DNA of 64,000 nucleotides from Malacoraja senta (lineage: Eukaryota), in contig CM075978.1 in the NCBI GenBank assembly GCA_038087875.1, forward strand, positions 51,212,001-51,276,000, in the 5' to 3' direction. The translations under genes were made by a program, and so were the position numbers. Shown in pieces: positions 45,181 to 59,303 of this stretch; within the stretch, counting starts at the first letter, position 1, and each line of letters starts with the position of its first letter. The notes under the pieces are model-generated. The model was not told where the DNA came from. It searched no databases and was given only the letters and a program-made list of their open reading frames with translations.

Positions 45181-48100
45181 TAGAACATAGAATCGTCCAG
45201 CACTGGAACAGACCAAATGTCTGTTAAACATCACAATTGTATCTGCTTCTATCGCCACCACTGCAGAAAGTTCCAGATACATACCACTCTTTTTTTTTTA
45301 AACTTGCTCGGCACATCTTCTTCAAACTAGCCTTCTAGTATTTAACATTTCAACCTGGGAAAAAGGTTCAGAGTGACTTCCTTTTCTATGCCTTTCATAA
45401 TTTTATAAACTTCTATCAGGTCTCCCTATAGCCTCTGATACTCCAGAGAAATCAATTTAAGATTGCCCAACCTGTCCATATAGCTAATACCCCCTAAATC
45501 AACAACTCTACATCCTTCCTGCAATCAAAATAGCACACAACAGTCCGAATGCAGTATAACCAAAGTTATACCCCAATGCCCCGACCGAGGAAGGAAAGCA
45601 TACCATACACCACCTTTATCATTCTATTTATTTGCACTGCTACTTTTTGGATGGCGCAATGGGCTAAGTGTTCGGCTGGCAACCGGAAGGTAGCCGGTTT
45701 GAATCCCGCTTGGAGTGCATACTGTCGTTGTGTCCTTGGGCAAGACACTTCACCCACCTTTGCCTGCGTGTGAATGTGTGTGAATGTGTGTGAGTGATTG
45801 GTGGTGGTCGGAGGGGCCGTAGGCGCAGATTAGCAGCCACGCTTCCGTCAGTCTGCCCCAGGGCAGCTGTGGCTACAGAAGTAGCTCACCACCACCGAGT
45901 GTGACTGAGGAGTGAATGAATAATGCGATGTAAAGCGCCTTGAGTATTAGAAAGGCGCTATATAAATCCCATCCATTATTATTATTATTATTAAAGATCC
46001 CTCTGTACATCAGTGCTGTGAAGGGTCCTGCCAATAATTGTATACTTTCCCCATACATTTGACCTCCCAAAGTACTACACCTCACATTTGCCTAATTTAA
46101 CCTCTATCTACCATTTCTCCGCTCATATCTGTAACTGATACATATCCTGTTGTGTCCTTTAACAGCTTTCTTCAGTGTCTGAAACTCCACCAATATTTGT
46201 GTTGGCTGCAAAATTGCTGATTAATCCATCTACATTTTCTTCCAAGTCCTGTATAATGCATCACAAACAACAAGCCAATTCTGAATATAATCTACCAAAT
46301 GATTGTGCATTCCATGCATCTTGATTTTCTGGATTAGCCTACAACAAGGGACATTATTAAATGCCTTACTAAAATCCATGTCGACCACACCCACTGCCCT
46401 ACCCTCATCATTCACCTTATTCACTCCTCAAAATACTCAATTGAGTTAACAAGACACGACCTGCCACCTACAAAGCCAGACTGACTGTACACATTAACCC
46501 ATTCTCCATCCTCTGACACTAAGCTTAAATTCCCTTTATTCTTGAGTGGCCCTATTGCCCCAGATACCCTATATTTTTAATGTCTGTTGAAAGCATTGGG
46601 ATTTGCTTAATCTGACTTGCCATAGACATTTCATGACCACTTTTTGCCCTAATTCCCTGATTAAACTCTTCCTGCTTTCTGTACAAACCTCATGTATGTT
46701 TGATTTAATCTTATAAAACCTTATGTAAGCTTCCTTCTTTTGACCAAATTTACAATCTCTCTCGCCATCTAATGTCGCCTTACCTTGCCATCCTTGTCTC
46801 TCCTCAATGGAACATGCCAGTCCTGAACTTTGATCAGCTGGTCCTTATAAGACTCCTACACGTCCAATGTGGACTTCAGCTAACAACAGCTGCTCCCAAT
46901 TTACTCTCGGTGGTTCCTCCCTAATATTGTTGTAATTTGTTCTCCATCAATTTAGTACTGTCTCCCAAGGTCCAGAAATCTGTATTCTTAACTGTCTTAC
47001 AGCTTATGAATTGTGATTACTGTTCCCAAAATTCTTTCCCACTCAAACGGCAGTCACCTGGTCAGGCAATACGGTTAAAACTGATGAACTTCGAGCTTGG
47101 ATTGATATATAGAACAATAATGTTGTAGCCATTACAGATATCTGGTTTCCCAATACAAGCTCCTTCCTTTGGTTGGACTATCCACAGACTGTTTCAAAAA
47201 ACCCTCTTGCATACTCTGACACATCTAACCCAAGGGAAAATAAAGTCACCTGCAATAGCCCTGTTGTTTTTGCATCTTTCCATAATCTATTATCAGTACC
47301 TCACCTCCCACTGGCTATTGGAAGGCTTATAGTATAATCCCATTAGAGTGATTGTACCTTATGTATTTTTGAGTTCTGCCCACATTGCCTTGGTGGATGA
47401 ATCTTCCAATATGATATCCTTGAGTGTAGTGGTGACATTTTCTCTGATCAGTAATGCAACTCCATCTTTTTGTACCTCTCTCCCTTTATCATGTCTGAAG
47501 CATGGATACCCTGGAACATTGAGCTGTCTGAACTGTCCCTCTCACAACCAGATATTTGTAATGGCTACAACGTCATTGTTTTCTATCAATCCAAGCTTGA
47601 AGTTCATCTGTTTTACCCATATTGCCCTTTGCATTTAAATAAACACACTTGGTCCATAAGTGTCACCATCTTCATTAATCCACTTGTCCTTCCTTTGAGG
47701 CTTGTCATCTTCCCATAAATCACCCTGCTTGGTGAGCTGTTGCTCTGGTTCCCACCCCTCTCAACTCTAGTTTATACCCTCCAGTAGCATTAGCAAATCT
47801 CCCTGCGAGGATATTGGTTCTGCTCCAGTTCCGGTGTAACCCATCCTCTTGTAAAGGCCCTATTTCTCTGGAAGAGAGCCCAAATGATCGCTATCAAATT
47901 GGACCATGACCTCTGGCTGCCAACTCACCGACTCAGAATGTCCTGTGCCAGTTCTGTGACATCCTTCACCCTGGCATCAGAAACAACATGCCTTGCTGGA
48001 GTCTTGCTTCTGACGACAGAATCACCTGCCTGAACCCTGACCATACCACTATTGTACTGTTAGCCCCACACAGATGTGACCAGATATGGTACCTCTATTC

Positions 48101-48480
48101 TGGCTGCTGCTGCTATTTGACCCTGAGAAGCCATTCGTTCCCCTCCCTAGTATTCAAAGTAGTATATTTGTTTGAGGGGACTAGCCAGTGTAGATACCTG
48201 GATAACCTGCCTGACTCTCCTGCCGTCCATCCATCTGGCTTAACTTTTAATGTGGCCACTTCCTTGAAACTACCGTCTATAACCCCCTGTCTCCTATATG
48301 CCCTCAGTATGTCCAACTACCACTCCACGCAATCAATGTTGCCTGAGAAGAGCTGCACACGGACACTTGACTGCTTCTCCAATTTCCCATATATCACAAT
48401 ATTACAGGAAGAGCATACCACTCCATGGACTTCCATAACTGCCCTATACTAAAAATAAATCGACCAGACTTAATGGGAAA
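45181..48480 (-). mobile_element. Long decayed CR1 LINE
   Basis: ORF 46230..46424 GRAVGVVDMDFSKAF (RT); 3' tail AATAGAACATAGAA at about 45180; ORF1-like VPSNKYTTLNT at about 48150. Confidence 0.75.
45649..45993 (+). mobile_element. tRNA-derived CORE-type SINE with L2-like tail (AFC-like)
   Basis: A box TGGCGCAATGG, B box GGTTTGAATCC (45696..45706), GTGTCCTTGGGCAAGACACTT core, tail TGTAAAGCGCCTTGAG...AGAAAGGCGCTATATAAAT plus (ATT)n. Confidence 0.8.
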
Positions 48481-48496
48481 TAAATCCAAAACATGT

Positions 48497-48698
48497 GTAG
48501 GAAAGAACTGCAGATGCTGGTTTAAATCGAAGGTAGACACAAAATGCTGGAGTAACTCAGCGGGACAGGCAGCATCTCTGGAGAGAAGGAATGGGGGACG
48601 TTTAGGGTCAAGAAGAAGGGTCTCGACCCGAAACGTCACCAATTCCTTCTCTCCAGAGATGCTGCATGTCCCGCTGAGTTACTCCAGCATTTTGTGTC
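48497..48698. mobile_element. Short palindromic Penelope-derived element with 16-nt TSD
   Basis: TAAATCCAAAACATGT at 48481..48496 and 48699..48714; near-perfect inverted arms. Confidence 0.9.
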
Positions 48699-49297
48699 TA
48701 AATCCAAAACATGTTACCTTGTTTCTGTTCACCCTCTTCATTGAAGCCAGGTATTCATCAAAGCTCTTTGACCAAATAGCAGCACTTACATCTATCTCAA
48801 AGCAGCCCCTCTCAATGTGCCCACTGCAAAATACCCTGCTTTGCTACATGCTGACTTCATTTTACTTATTGCTAAGGCTGCCTGGCTTTAAGTCCTTACT
48901 TTAACATGAACTTTTAACCTGCTATGACTGTTCCTATCGACTGAAATGAGATCAGGAAAGAACCATTTCAGTAATTGTTAAAATCCAAATAACATGATAT
49001 CATTTGGAGATTTAATTTTAAATTGCAGAGCACATTTATTGCTACCTATTCTTGTTAAATTAAATATCCATTTATTAATTTGTTTTGAAAATGTTCTATG
49101 TATTAAAAAAATGTTAATCTATTTGTTTAATCATTATACATTCACAACCATGTGCATGCACTGTATGTAAAACAATTGATATAAATTTCAGTGATAGTCC
49201 AATAACTACCAATAAAGATATTTCTGATTATCAATATGATGATGTGCCACAAATATATTTTAAAAATAATTTGAGAGCGACTACCATCTGATGATGA

Positions 49298-49492
<195 letters not shown>

Positions 49493-49889
49493 TAAGGTGT
49501 TTCTCTTTATTATTCTTTCTGTCACTGATATGTTCTTACTCCTTTTTAGTTTTGCTGTGCCACATGCAGGCGACCCTCTGCGTGTCGTGGGGGAGGGGGT
49601 TGCACCATGGAAAATGTTGCAAATTGTGGTTTTCCATGATGCAAATGCATCAAGCAACACGTTGAAAAACAGTAGAAATTCTGGGAGAACTGTTTTTTTT
49701 CTTATTGCATGTGGTGATTTGTGAATTCCATAAAAATACATTTCTGTCATTCAAACAGCCTTAGTGTGGCGGTGGCCTTCTCGCAATGCCAGCAGGTCAT
49801 TTCATTTCAGATCCTTAATCAGGAACTTTGTGGCTGCTCAGGACTGCTCAAGAAGCATAGGGAGCAAGTAGAGGATTGTCATTGTCTAA

Positions 49890-51130
49890 TCATTGAGTCG
49901 GAGTGTCATTCAGCACAGAAACTGTCTCTTCTGCCCTACTTGTCCATGCCTACCAGGTTTTATAACAAAGCTAGTCATTCTCCTAAGCTCCGGAGAAAAT
50001 AGTCCCAGCCTATTCAGGCTCTCACATCTCAAACCCTCAAGTCCTGGTAACATCCTGATGAACCTTTTCTGCAAACTTTCCTGCTTGATAACATCCTTAC
50101 AATTGCTAGATGACCAGAACTACCCAACAGACTCCAAGTATGATCTCATCAACATTTGTACAGCAGGAGCATGATGTCCCAACTCCTCTACTCAATATCG
50201 TTACCAATGAAGACAAGCATGCCAAATACTGCTACCTTCACCCCGTCGACCTCTGTCGCTACTTTGAAGGAACAGTGCACCCACACCCTTAAGTCTCTCT
50301 GCTCTACAAACACTTGCCAGGACTCCTCCATTTACTGTGAATGTACTGCCCTGATTTAACATGCCACAATGTATCATGTCACACTTCTAAATTAATTTCC
50401 ATCTACCATTCCTTGGTCCACTGGCCCACTTGATTCCGATTTGTTTATAAACCTAGCTAGCCTTCCATACTGTCAATATTGGCATCATCCATAAATTTGC
50501 TTACCACATTAAACACATTTCATCCAAATCATTAATGTAGCTGAAAAACAATGGTAGACTCAGCACAGATTCATGAGGCACACCAATAGTCACTGAACTC
50601 CTATAACAAAAACAATCCTCCACAACAACCCTCTGATTCCTTCCAACAAGCTAATTTTGAATCCAGTTTGCCGGTGTCCCTAAATCCCACCTGATCTGCC
50701 CCTTTGGACGGGCCTATCACCTGTGACCCTGCCAAACGCCTTGCTAGAGTTCACATCAATAACTTCCAAAGCCTCCCCCAGATCCAATCATCTTGGAACT
50801 CTCTTTTAATTTAAATGTCAAATTCATGAAATACTATATCCCATGCACGATGACTTGCTGGCTATTCCTAATCAGTTCTTGCTGGTAGTTCCTCTTCTGC
50901 AGAATCCCCTCCCATAAACAACTTACTGGCTTGTAATTCCTTATCTTGTCCTTGCAACCAGTCTTAAATAAAGGTACAACATTAGCCACCCTCTGCCTTC
51001 CAGGACTGCCCCCTTGGCTAAAGATAATGCCAATGTCTGCCAGGGCCCCAGTAACTTTTTCCCCAACCTCTCGCATTGTCTGACCATATATCTGGTTAAA
51101 GTCCTGGGGATTCATTCACCTTATATTTCT
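49890..51130 (-). mobile_element. CR1 LINE fragment
   Basis: ORF 50834..51115 RVANVVPLFKTGCKDKIRNYKPVS; further degenerate RT sequence toward 49900. Confidence 0.75.
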
Positions 51131-51160
51131 TTAAGATTATTTTCTTTAAGATTGCGTTAA

Positions 51161-51514
<354 letters not shown>

Positions 51515-51912
51515 TAGAATGAAAGACAGGATTCTATTGTATACAAGAAATAATTATTGTGCAGTGCCATTGGTTTATGCACTCATTGAAATGATTACAG
51601 ATGTGAATTTAGTTTACACAAATGGGGCTATTCGATCTTATTTGGTACATGCCAATGCTTAGAAGTAAATGGGGAGATGGTCGGAGAATGGTTTGAGAGG
51701 GATAAATAGATTAGCCATGATCCAATGGGGGAGCAGACTCGATGAGTTGAATAGCTTAATTCAGTTCATATGCCTTATGATCTAATGGTTTAAAAATAGC
51801 AAAAGCTGAGCAGGTCGGGCAGCATCAATGGAAAGGAGAACTATTCGCATTTTAACTCAAAGGCTTGAATCTGTAATTTATTTTAGATATCTGCATCAAT
51901 TGGGCATCTGTG

Positions 51913-52108
51913 TGGGTTAGGCAGCATCTCTGGAGAAAAAGGATGGGTGACATTTTGGGTTGGGACCCTTCTTCAGACCCTTGACGTTTTGATGAAGGGT
52001 CCTGACCCAAAATGTCACCCATCCTTTTTCTCCTGAGATGCTGTATAACCCGCTGAGTTATTCCAGCATTTTTTGTCTATCTTCAGCATAAACCAGCATC
52101 TGCAGTTC
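51913..52108. mobile_element. Older palindromic PLE-derived element
   Basis: Inverted arms around about 51985, with degenerate hammerhead motifs on both arms. Confidence 0.8.
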
Positions 52109-52114
52109 ATGTGT

Positions 52115-52342
52115 AGGAAAGAACTGCAGATGATGGTTTAAATCGAAGGCAGACACAAAATGCTGGAGTAACTCAATGGGACAGGCAGCATCTATGGAGA
52201 GAAGGAATGGATGACGTTTTGAGTCGGAATCCTTCTTCAGAACGTCAGGGGTCTGAAGAAGGGTCTCGACCCGAAATGTCACCCATTCCTTTTCTCCAGA
52301 GATGCTGCCTGCCCCGCTGAGTTACTCCTGCATTTTGTGTCT
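52115..52342. mobile_element. Palindromic PLE-derived element inserted at the end of the previous one, 17-nt TSD
   Basis: ATCTGCAGTTCATGTGT at 52098..52114 and 52343..52359. Confidence 0.9.
52249..52284 (+). ncRNA. Minimal hammerhead motif with 4-bp stem I
   Basis: GGGT-CTGAAGA-A-GGGT-CTCG-ACCC-GAAA-TGTC-ACCC; GGGT/ACCC closes stem I; CpG decay in helix III. Confidence 0.7.
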
Positions 52343-52515
52343 ATCTGCAGTTCATGTGTTTGCACGGTATTGTATACCATTTCTCGTAAGGAGGAAAGCA
52401 TTGCCTATTGGTACTTTATTTACATACAAATTAAATGCAGTCTTGTGTTGTTGTGTAGTGTGAATTCATAGGTTGAAATGTAAAAATGTATTTAATATTT
52501 TCTGTTTTGTTTTAG

Positions 52516-54312
<1,797 letters not shown>

Positions 54313-54712
54313 TAAGTGCTTTTTTCCCCAACTATGATGCCATTACATATTCGGCACGTGCAGGAGAAAGTAGGATGTCACTTTAAAATTAAGGCAGTTT
54401 CCATTTAGATATTCAATAAAATTCCAATCCTCGGATGTAATCCTCGGATTATCTTGTACTTTTGTTTAACTATGAAATTTTAATAGCCATAGTTTTGTAA
54501 CTTTTCCATGAAAATCATTTTAGAAAATGTCTCTTTCCATCTGTCCCTCCCAGCTCTTTCACTCATCTGATATCCTTCACTCTCTTCGCTTTACCTGACA
54601 TCCTCTCCGTGTCTTGTATCTTAACCTGACACCCTTCTCCGCTTGTCGCTTGACCTCCTACCTCTCTTCCCATGCCCCTTCTTGGTTCACCCTCCACTGC
54701 TATTTCTCCAGA

Positions 54713-54938
54713 GAGCAAAGCTGAACTACTACCTCTTTGATATCCCTCGGACTATCCTTGACCGGACTTTGCTGTCTTTACCTTGCACTAAACGTTATTC
54801 CCTTATATATATATATATATATATATACACTGTAAATGGATTGATTGTAATCATGTATTGTTCTTCTGGTGACTGGTTAGCACGCAACAAAAAGCTTTTC
54901 AGCGTACCTCGGTACACGTGACAATAAACTGAACTGAA
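54713..54938 (+). mobile_element. LINE/SINE 3' end fragment, family unassigned
   Basis: GATTGTAATCATGTA...AAGCTTTTCA..GTACCTCGGTACACGTGACAATAAA(CTGAA)n; a related copy lies at about 63050..63155. Confidence 0.55.
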
Positions 54939-55646
54939 AAGTTCCTTTCCCAATACATCTACTGATATTTACATTCAGTTTTTAATTATTGCAAACACAA
55001 GTTGATTGTCCATAACACTCTTACATTTGTTGTTTTACTTGTAAGAGAGTACTATAGTTGGCAACATCTTCGATTTGACTTTTTTAGTTACTCCACATTT
55101 TGTCAGGGATGCTTTTACTGAATAATCAACAGGTTTTAATTTTGCCCGTGGAATTTTTGTATTATGTATCTTAAGCTTTGGACATGGATGAAGGGCAAGT
55201 TCCTATGTAGTGACGCTGTTCCTCAGCTACTACATTAAAAGAGCACCATCTCCTTGACCAAAGTAATGTGTGTGCACAGTTTAGCTCATTAGCCATTCCT
55301 AAATCTCCGAGACTGGAAGATGTTGACAAATCAAAGACAAATTTCTGTCAGGCCATTCTTAACATTTTTTTGTGACTCTTCATGTATAGGACTTTTATAG
55401 CCAGCAAATAGGCAACTAATCAATTCAAATTGGATTTAAAAACTTGGTTTCAGAAGGGCAAGTTTGTCTCTTTTACTTTTCTGGTTTCAGACTTGTACTG
55501 ATGCCACTTTCTAGGGATTGCATGGATAAATCTCATTCCTTCTACCAAGACTCCCTAGTCTTATTATAGGTATATATGCAACTGATGTGATAAGCTATTG
55601 TTGACTACTGCCATTTTATTTTGTGTGCTGCAGGTTTTAGGATTAA

Positions 55647-55781
<135 letters not shown>

Positions 55782-55851
55782 TAAATCTTCAAATATAGCA
55801 ATTACTTTATATTTGAATAGACTGCAGTAATGCAGCATAACAGGTACAAAG

Positions 55852-55943
55852 AACCTGAAGAAGGGTCTCGACCCGAAACATCACCCATTTCTTTCCAGAG
55901 ATGCTGCCTTCCCGCAGTTACTCCAAGTTTTTGTGTCTATCTT
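55852..55943 (+). mobile_element. 92-nt PLE-derived insertion beginning at the hammerhead motif, 10-nt TSD
   Basis: AGGTACAAAG at 55842..55851 and 55944..55953; CTGAAGA at 55855. Confidence 0.8.
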
Positions 55944-57065
55944 AGGTACAAAGGTGGACTGCTTTGTGCTTCAGTAATTTGCTTATTTTATTGTTATAAA
56001 ATTGAAAATAAAGTTGATTCTCATGCTTTATCAAATTTATTCAGGAGATCAAACCTTTACTTTGCTATCTTTTGTTTTGAGCCGCACACAAAAAATACAT
56101 TCCTTTAGGACTCCCATCTTTCATTGATATACAGTATCTACATTCTGATATTTAATCTGAACAGGAGCAGGCCACTCAGCTTTTAAGACTACTTGTCCAT
56201 TTATTTAGATCATAGTTGACATGCATTTCCATATCTCTCACTTTCTTTCAGTCCAAATTCCTTGTCAAATGTCTTGAACTACAAATTGTTTAACAGTAAC
56301 ATAATTTTGGGGAAAATTGCAGATATCTGTTGACCTGTTAACCAAGCATGCACTTGAAAAACTATTGCCAGTGTTCCTTATGACATTCAAACATACAAGA
56401 GTGACAATGTGCAGATTAATTGTGACATTATAATGATGAGCTGATTTCCTCAGTTCTCAAAATCTGCACAGTTTCTGCATCAGGCCAGTAATGTCACCAA
56501 ATGAGAAAGGAAAAATGCATTACTGGAGAATGCATTTGGGTTGCAGCTTATAATGTCACCTGGTAATTTAAATTTCTATCAGCTATCTTTAATACCCAGT
56601 TATGGTGAACAGTCTTCTATTGTTTCTTGATATTATGTCTTAACATTGTACTTTAAAGCCATGTAAATAAAAAAATCTTGTTATTTATGCTTGATGCATT
56701 ACCCTCTGTCTATCTAAGTATTTTTTTGTTGGCAATAAATCTAGGAGAAACATAATGCTTTGGTACGTTTTGAGGTCTTCAGTTGCAAAGACTGTTCCAA
56801 GAACTAGAAAATTCATTTTGAGGCTTTTAGGGAATTTGGATTTTTTTTTTGTGATCCTTTGAATGTGTTGAACATGTTTCACAATATTTTGACAGGAGCA
56901 AGTGGGACTGCTTATTTTCTTTGGGTAATCGAGGAAACCACTCATTTCAACTTTTGCATTTGAATCTTGAATGAAGTGGATCATCTTTACCAGCAATAAT
57001 CACCAGTCTGGGAATTACTCCCTGCTGGGTGATGTGTTGTACGTTCACCAAACTAGTAAAAACAT

Positions 57066-57369
57066 TTAGTTTAGAGATACAGCACGGAAACAAGCCCTTC
57101 AACCCACCGAGTCCGTGCCGACCAGCAATCGCCACAACTTATGCTATCCTACACACACGAGAGACAATTTACAATTATATCATGCCAATTAACCTCCAAA
57201 CCTGTGTGTCTTTGGAGTGTGGGAGGAAACCAGATGTCCCTGAGAAAACCCACACAGTTCACGGGGAGAACGTACAAATTCTGTACAGGCAAACACCCGT
57301 GGCCTGGATCGTACCCGGGTCACTTGCGCTGTGGACAACAACTCTACCGCAGCGCCCACCGTGCCGCCC
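57066..57369 (-). mobile_element. tRNA-derived V-SINE (HE1-like), near full length
   Basis: Reverse complement GGGCGGCACGGTGGGCGC... head, V-domain TTCTCCCCGTGAACTGTGTGGGTTTTCTC...TTTCCTCCCACACTCCAAAGAC, CR1-like tail. Confidence 0.8.
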
Positions 57370-58869
57370 TATTTGCAAATTATAAATCTCATTCCAAGTA
57401 AATTAAAGAACCTATGATGACATTTTCAAATGCGTATATATGGTTAATTAAATATGCCTTCAGAAAGATGCCTGGAAGCTGCTTCTGGTCAGCTTATATT
57501 TATTTTGCCCTTGGAACCAAAGTTCAAATCCACTCAAGGCTAATTCAATCAAAGTCAGATTTCTTTGAAAATTGTTAAGATCTTAAGTAGAAAATGCACA
57601 ATTCTGATCTAATCTCCAGTGCTGTATAGTAGCTAACCCTGGGCTATAAATACTACTGGAGCAGTTAAATAAGAATATTGGATTAAAGAAGATTGCAACT
57701 CAGATGCATTACCAAAACGGAGTTGAGAAAGTTATTTGACAATGCCACATTGCAAGTCGCCATGTTGTGCTTGTTGGAATGAATTGCTTGTTTGGTGAGT
57801 GTCACTTTGATCATGTCTCCCATCTTCTTGGATATCTCTTCCAATCAGTTTTTTCTACTTAAGTTTAGACCCTCTTTACTGCATCTAAGATAGTCTGAAT
57901 CAGTCTTTTCTATTACCCTCAAAAGATATAACTGGCACAATTTTCATGTGCTCCAAGGCAAGGGTTATTTGATTCTATTACCACAGAATTATTTACCTCT
58001 TTACAGTCTTTTTCTTTTACTGCCAGACTCAAGTTGTTAAAAATCGTCTATAGCTTCCAGTTTCTTTGAAATTGTAGAGGTATCCTATTTTAAGTACCCA
58101 TGCTCTCATAAATTGACACCATCCTTGTCACTCAACAACCATTCTTCTCTTTAATTATTTTCATAGGTTTTTACCTTTCTATTCTCTTCTCACTACTTGC
58201 CCAAACATGATTAACCGCAGGAAGTTGACATTCTAAAAATAATTAATTAATATTTGAATTATATTCTTCTCCAAATGCCGGTCAATCCTCACATTAATTT
58301 TTCTTAATAAATAAATCCTTTAAAAAAATTGTTTAATTGTGTCTCTTTCAAGATTTCAGATGTGCCAAGCAAGCTAATAATAAGATAGATGTCAGTCTGA
58401 CTTAGAATTTCAGGAGCATTTGTACAATGTGCGTTTTCTCATCTAACATCGTTTATGAGCCATGCTGGATGGATGGTATAGATAATTTAGCATAATGGGC
58501 AATCGGATGGAGTTCATAGTTGAAAAGTGAAAATTAAGGGAAACAAAATCTTATATATTGATACTTGAAATTCTACACCTGCAAGTGCAGAAATATCATA
58601 ATTTGAAAACGCATGTATCATAATCACCAGGATTACTTGAGAATTGTGCAAGAGAACAGGCAAGTTGCAACAGATTAATAGTTTACAACAGATTATGTCA
58701 TATGCACCAGGGTGCAATGAAATTCCTAATTCACGTGAAGTTCACAAAGTAAACGGTATAATACAGTCGTGATATTTACAGTGGTAATTGTAGTATTATC
58801 TTTAGCTATGAGAGAGCTACCAGGAGACAGGAGGGTGGCTAATGAGTATTGATTTAACAAGGGATGCAA

Positions 58870-59090
58870 GGATGATTCAGGAACTCCAGGTCAGTGAACC
58901 ACATGTGGGTAAATTACTCGAGGGAGCTCTAAGGAACAGGATCTAACAGCATTTAGATAGGCAAGAACTGATTAGTGATAGTCAGCATGGCTTTGTGCAT
59001 GGGAAATCATGTCTAACAAATGTAGTGAGTTTTATTTGAAGAGGTCCACAAGAGGATGGAAGAGGGCAGGGCAGTGAACATTGTCTATAT
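58870..59090 (+). mobile_element. CR1 RT fragment cut by the PLE insertion
   Basis: LISDSQHGFVHGKSCLTN...EEGRAVNIVYM. Confidence 0.75.
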
Positions 59091-59155
59091 GAAGGTACAC
59101 AAAAATGCTGGAGAAACTCAGCGGGTGCAGCAGCATCTATGGAGCGAAGGAAATA

Positions 59156-59188
59156 GGCAATGTTTCGGGCCGAAACCCTTCTTCAGAC
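59156..59188 (-). ncRNA. Minimal hammerhead motif, second subfamily
   Basis: Reverse complement GT-CTGAAGA-A-GGGT-TTCG-GCCC-GAAA-CATT-GCC; stem II retained through a U.G pair with UUCG loop. Confidence 0.6.
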
Positions 59189-59303
59189 TGATAGGGGGTG
59201 GGGAGAAGAAAGGAAAAAAGGAAAAAGGCGGAGGAGGAGCCCGAGGGCTGGGGGAGAGGAGGAGACAACCAGAGGGCTGATGAAGGGGAGGGGACAGCAA
59301 GGG

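Noticed and set aside
45649-45710. tRNA gene
   Set aside because: A/B boxes belong to a SINE head; it continues into a SINE body and tail rather than ending as a tRNA
48394-48904. Recurrent peptides such as DAACPAELLQHFVS and VDTKCWSNS in many ORFs, suggesting a small-protein family
   Set aside because: Translations of the non-coding PLE terminus in arbitrary frames
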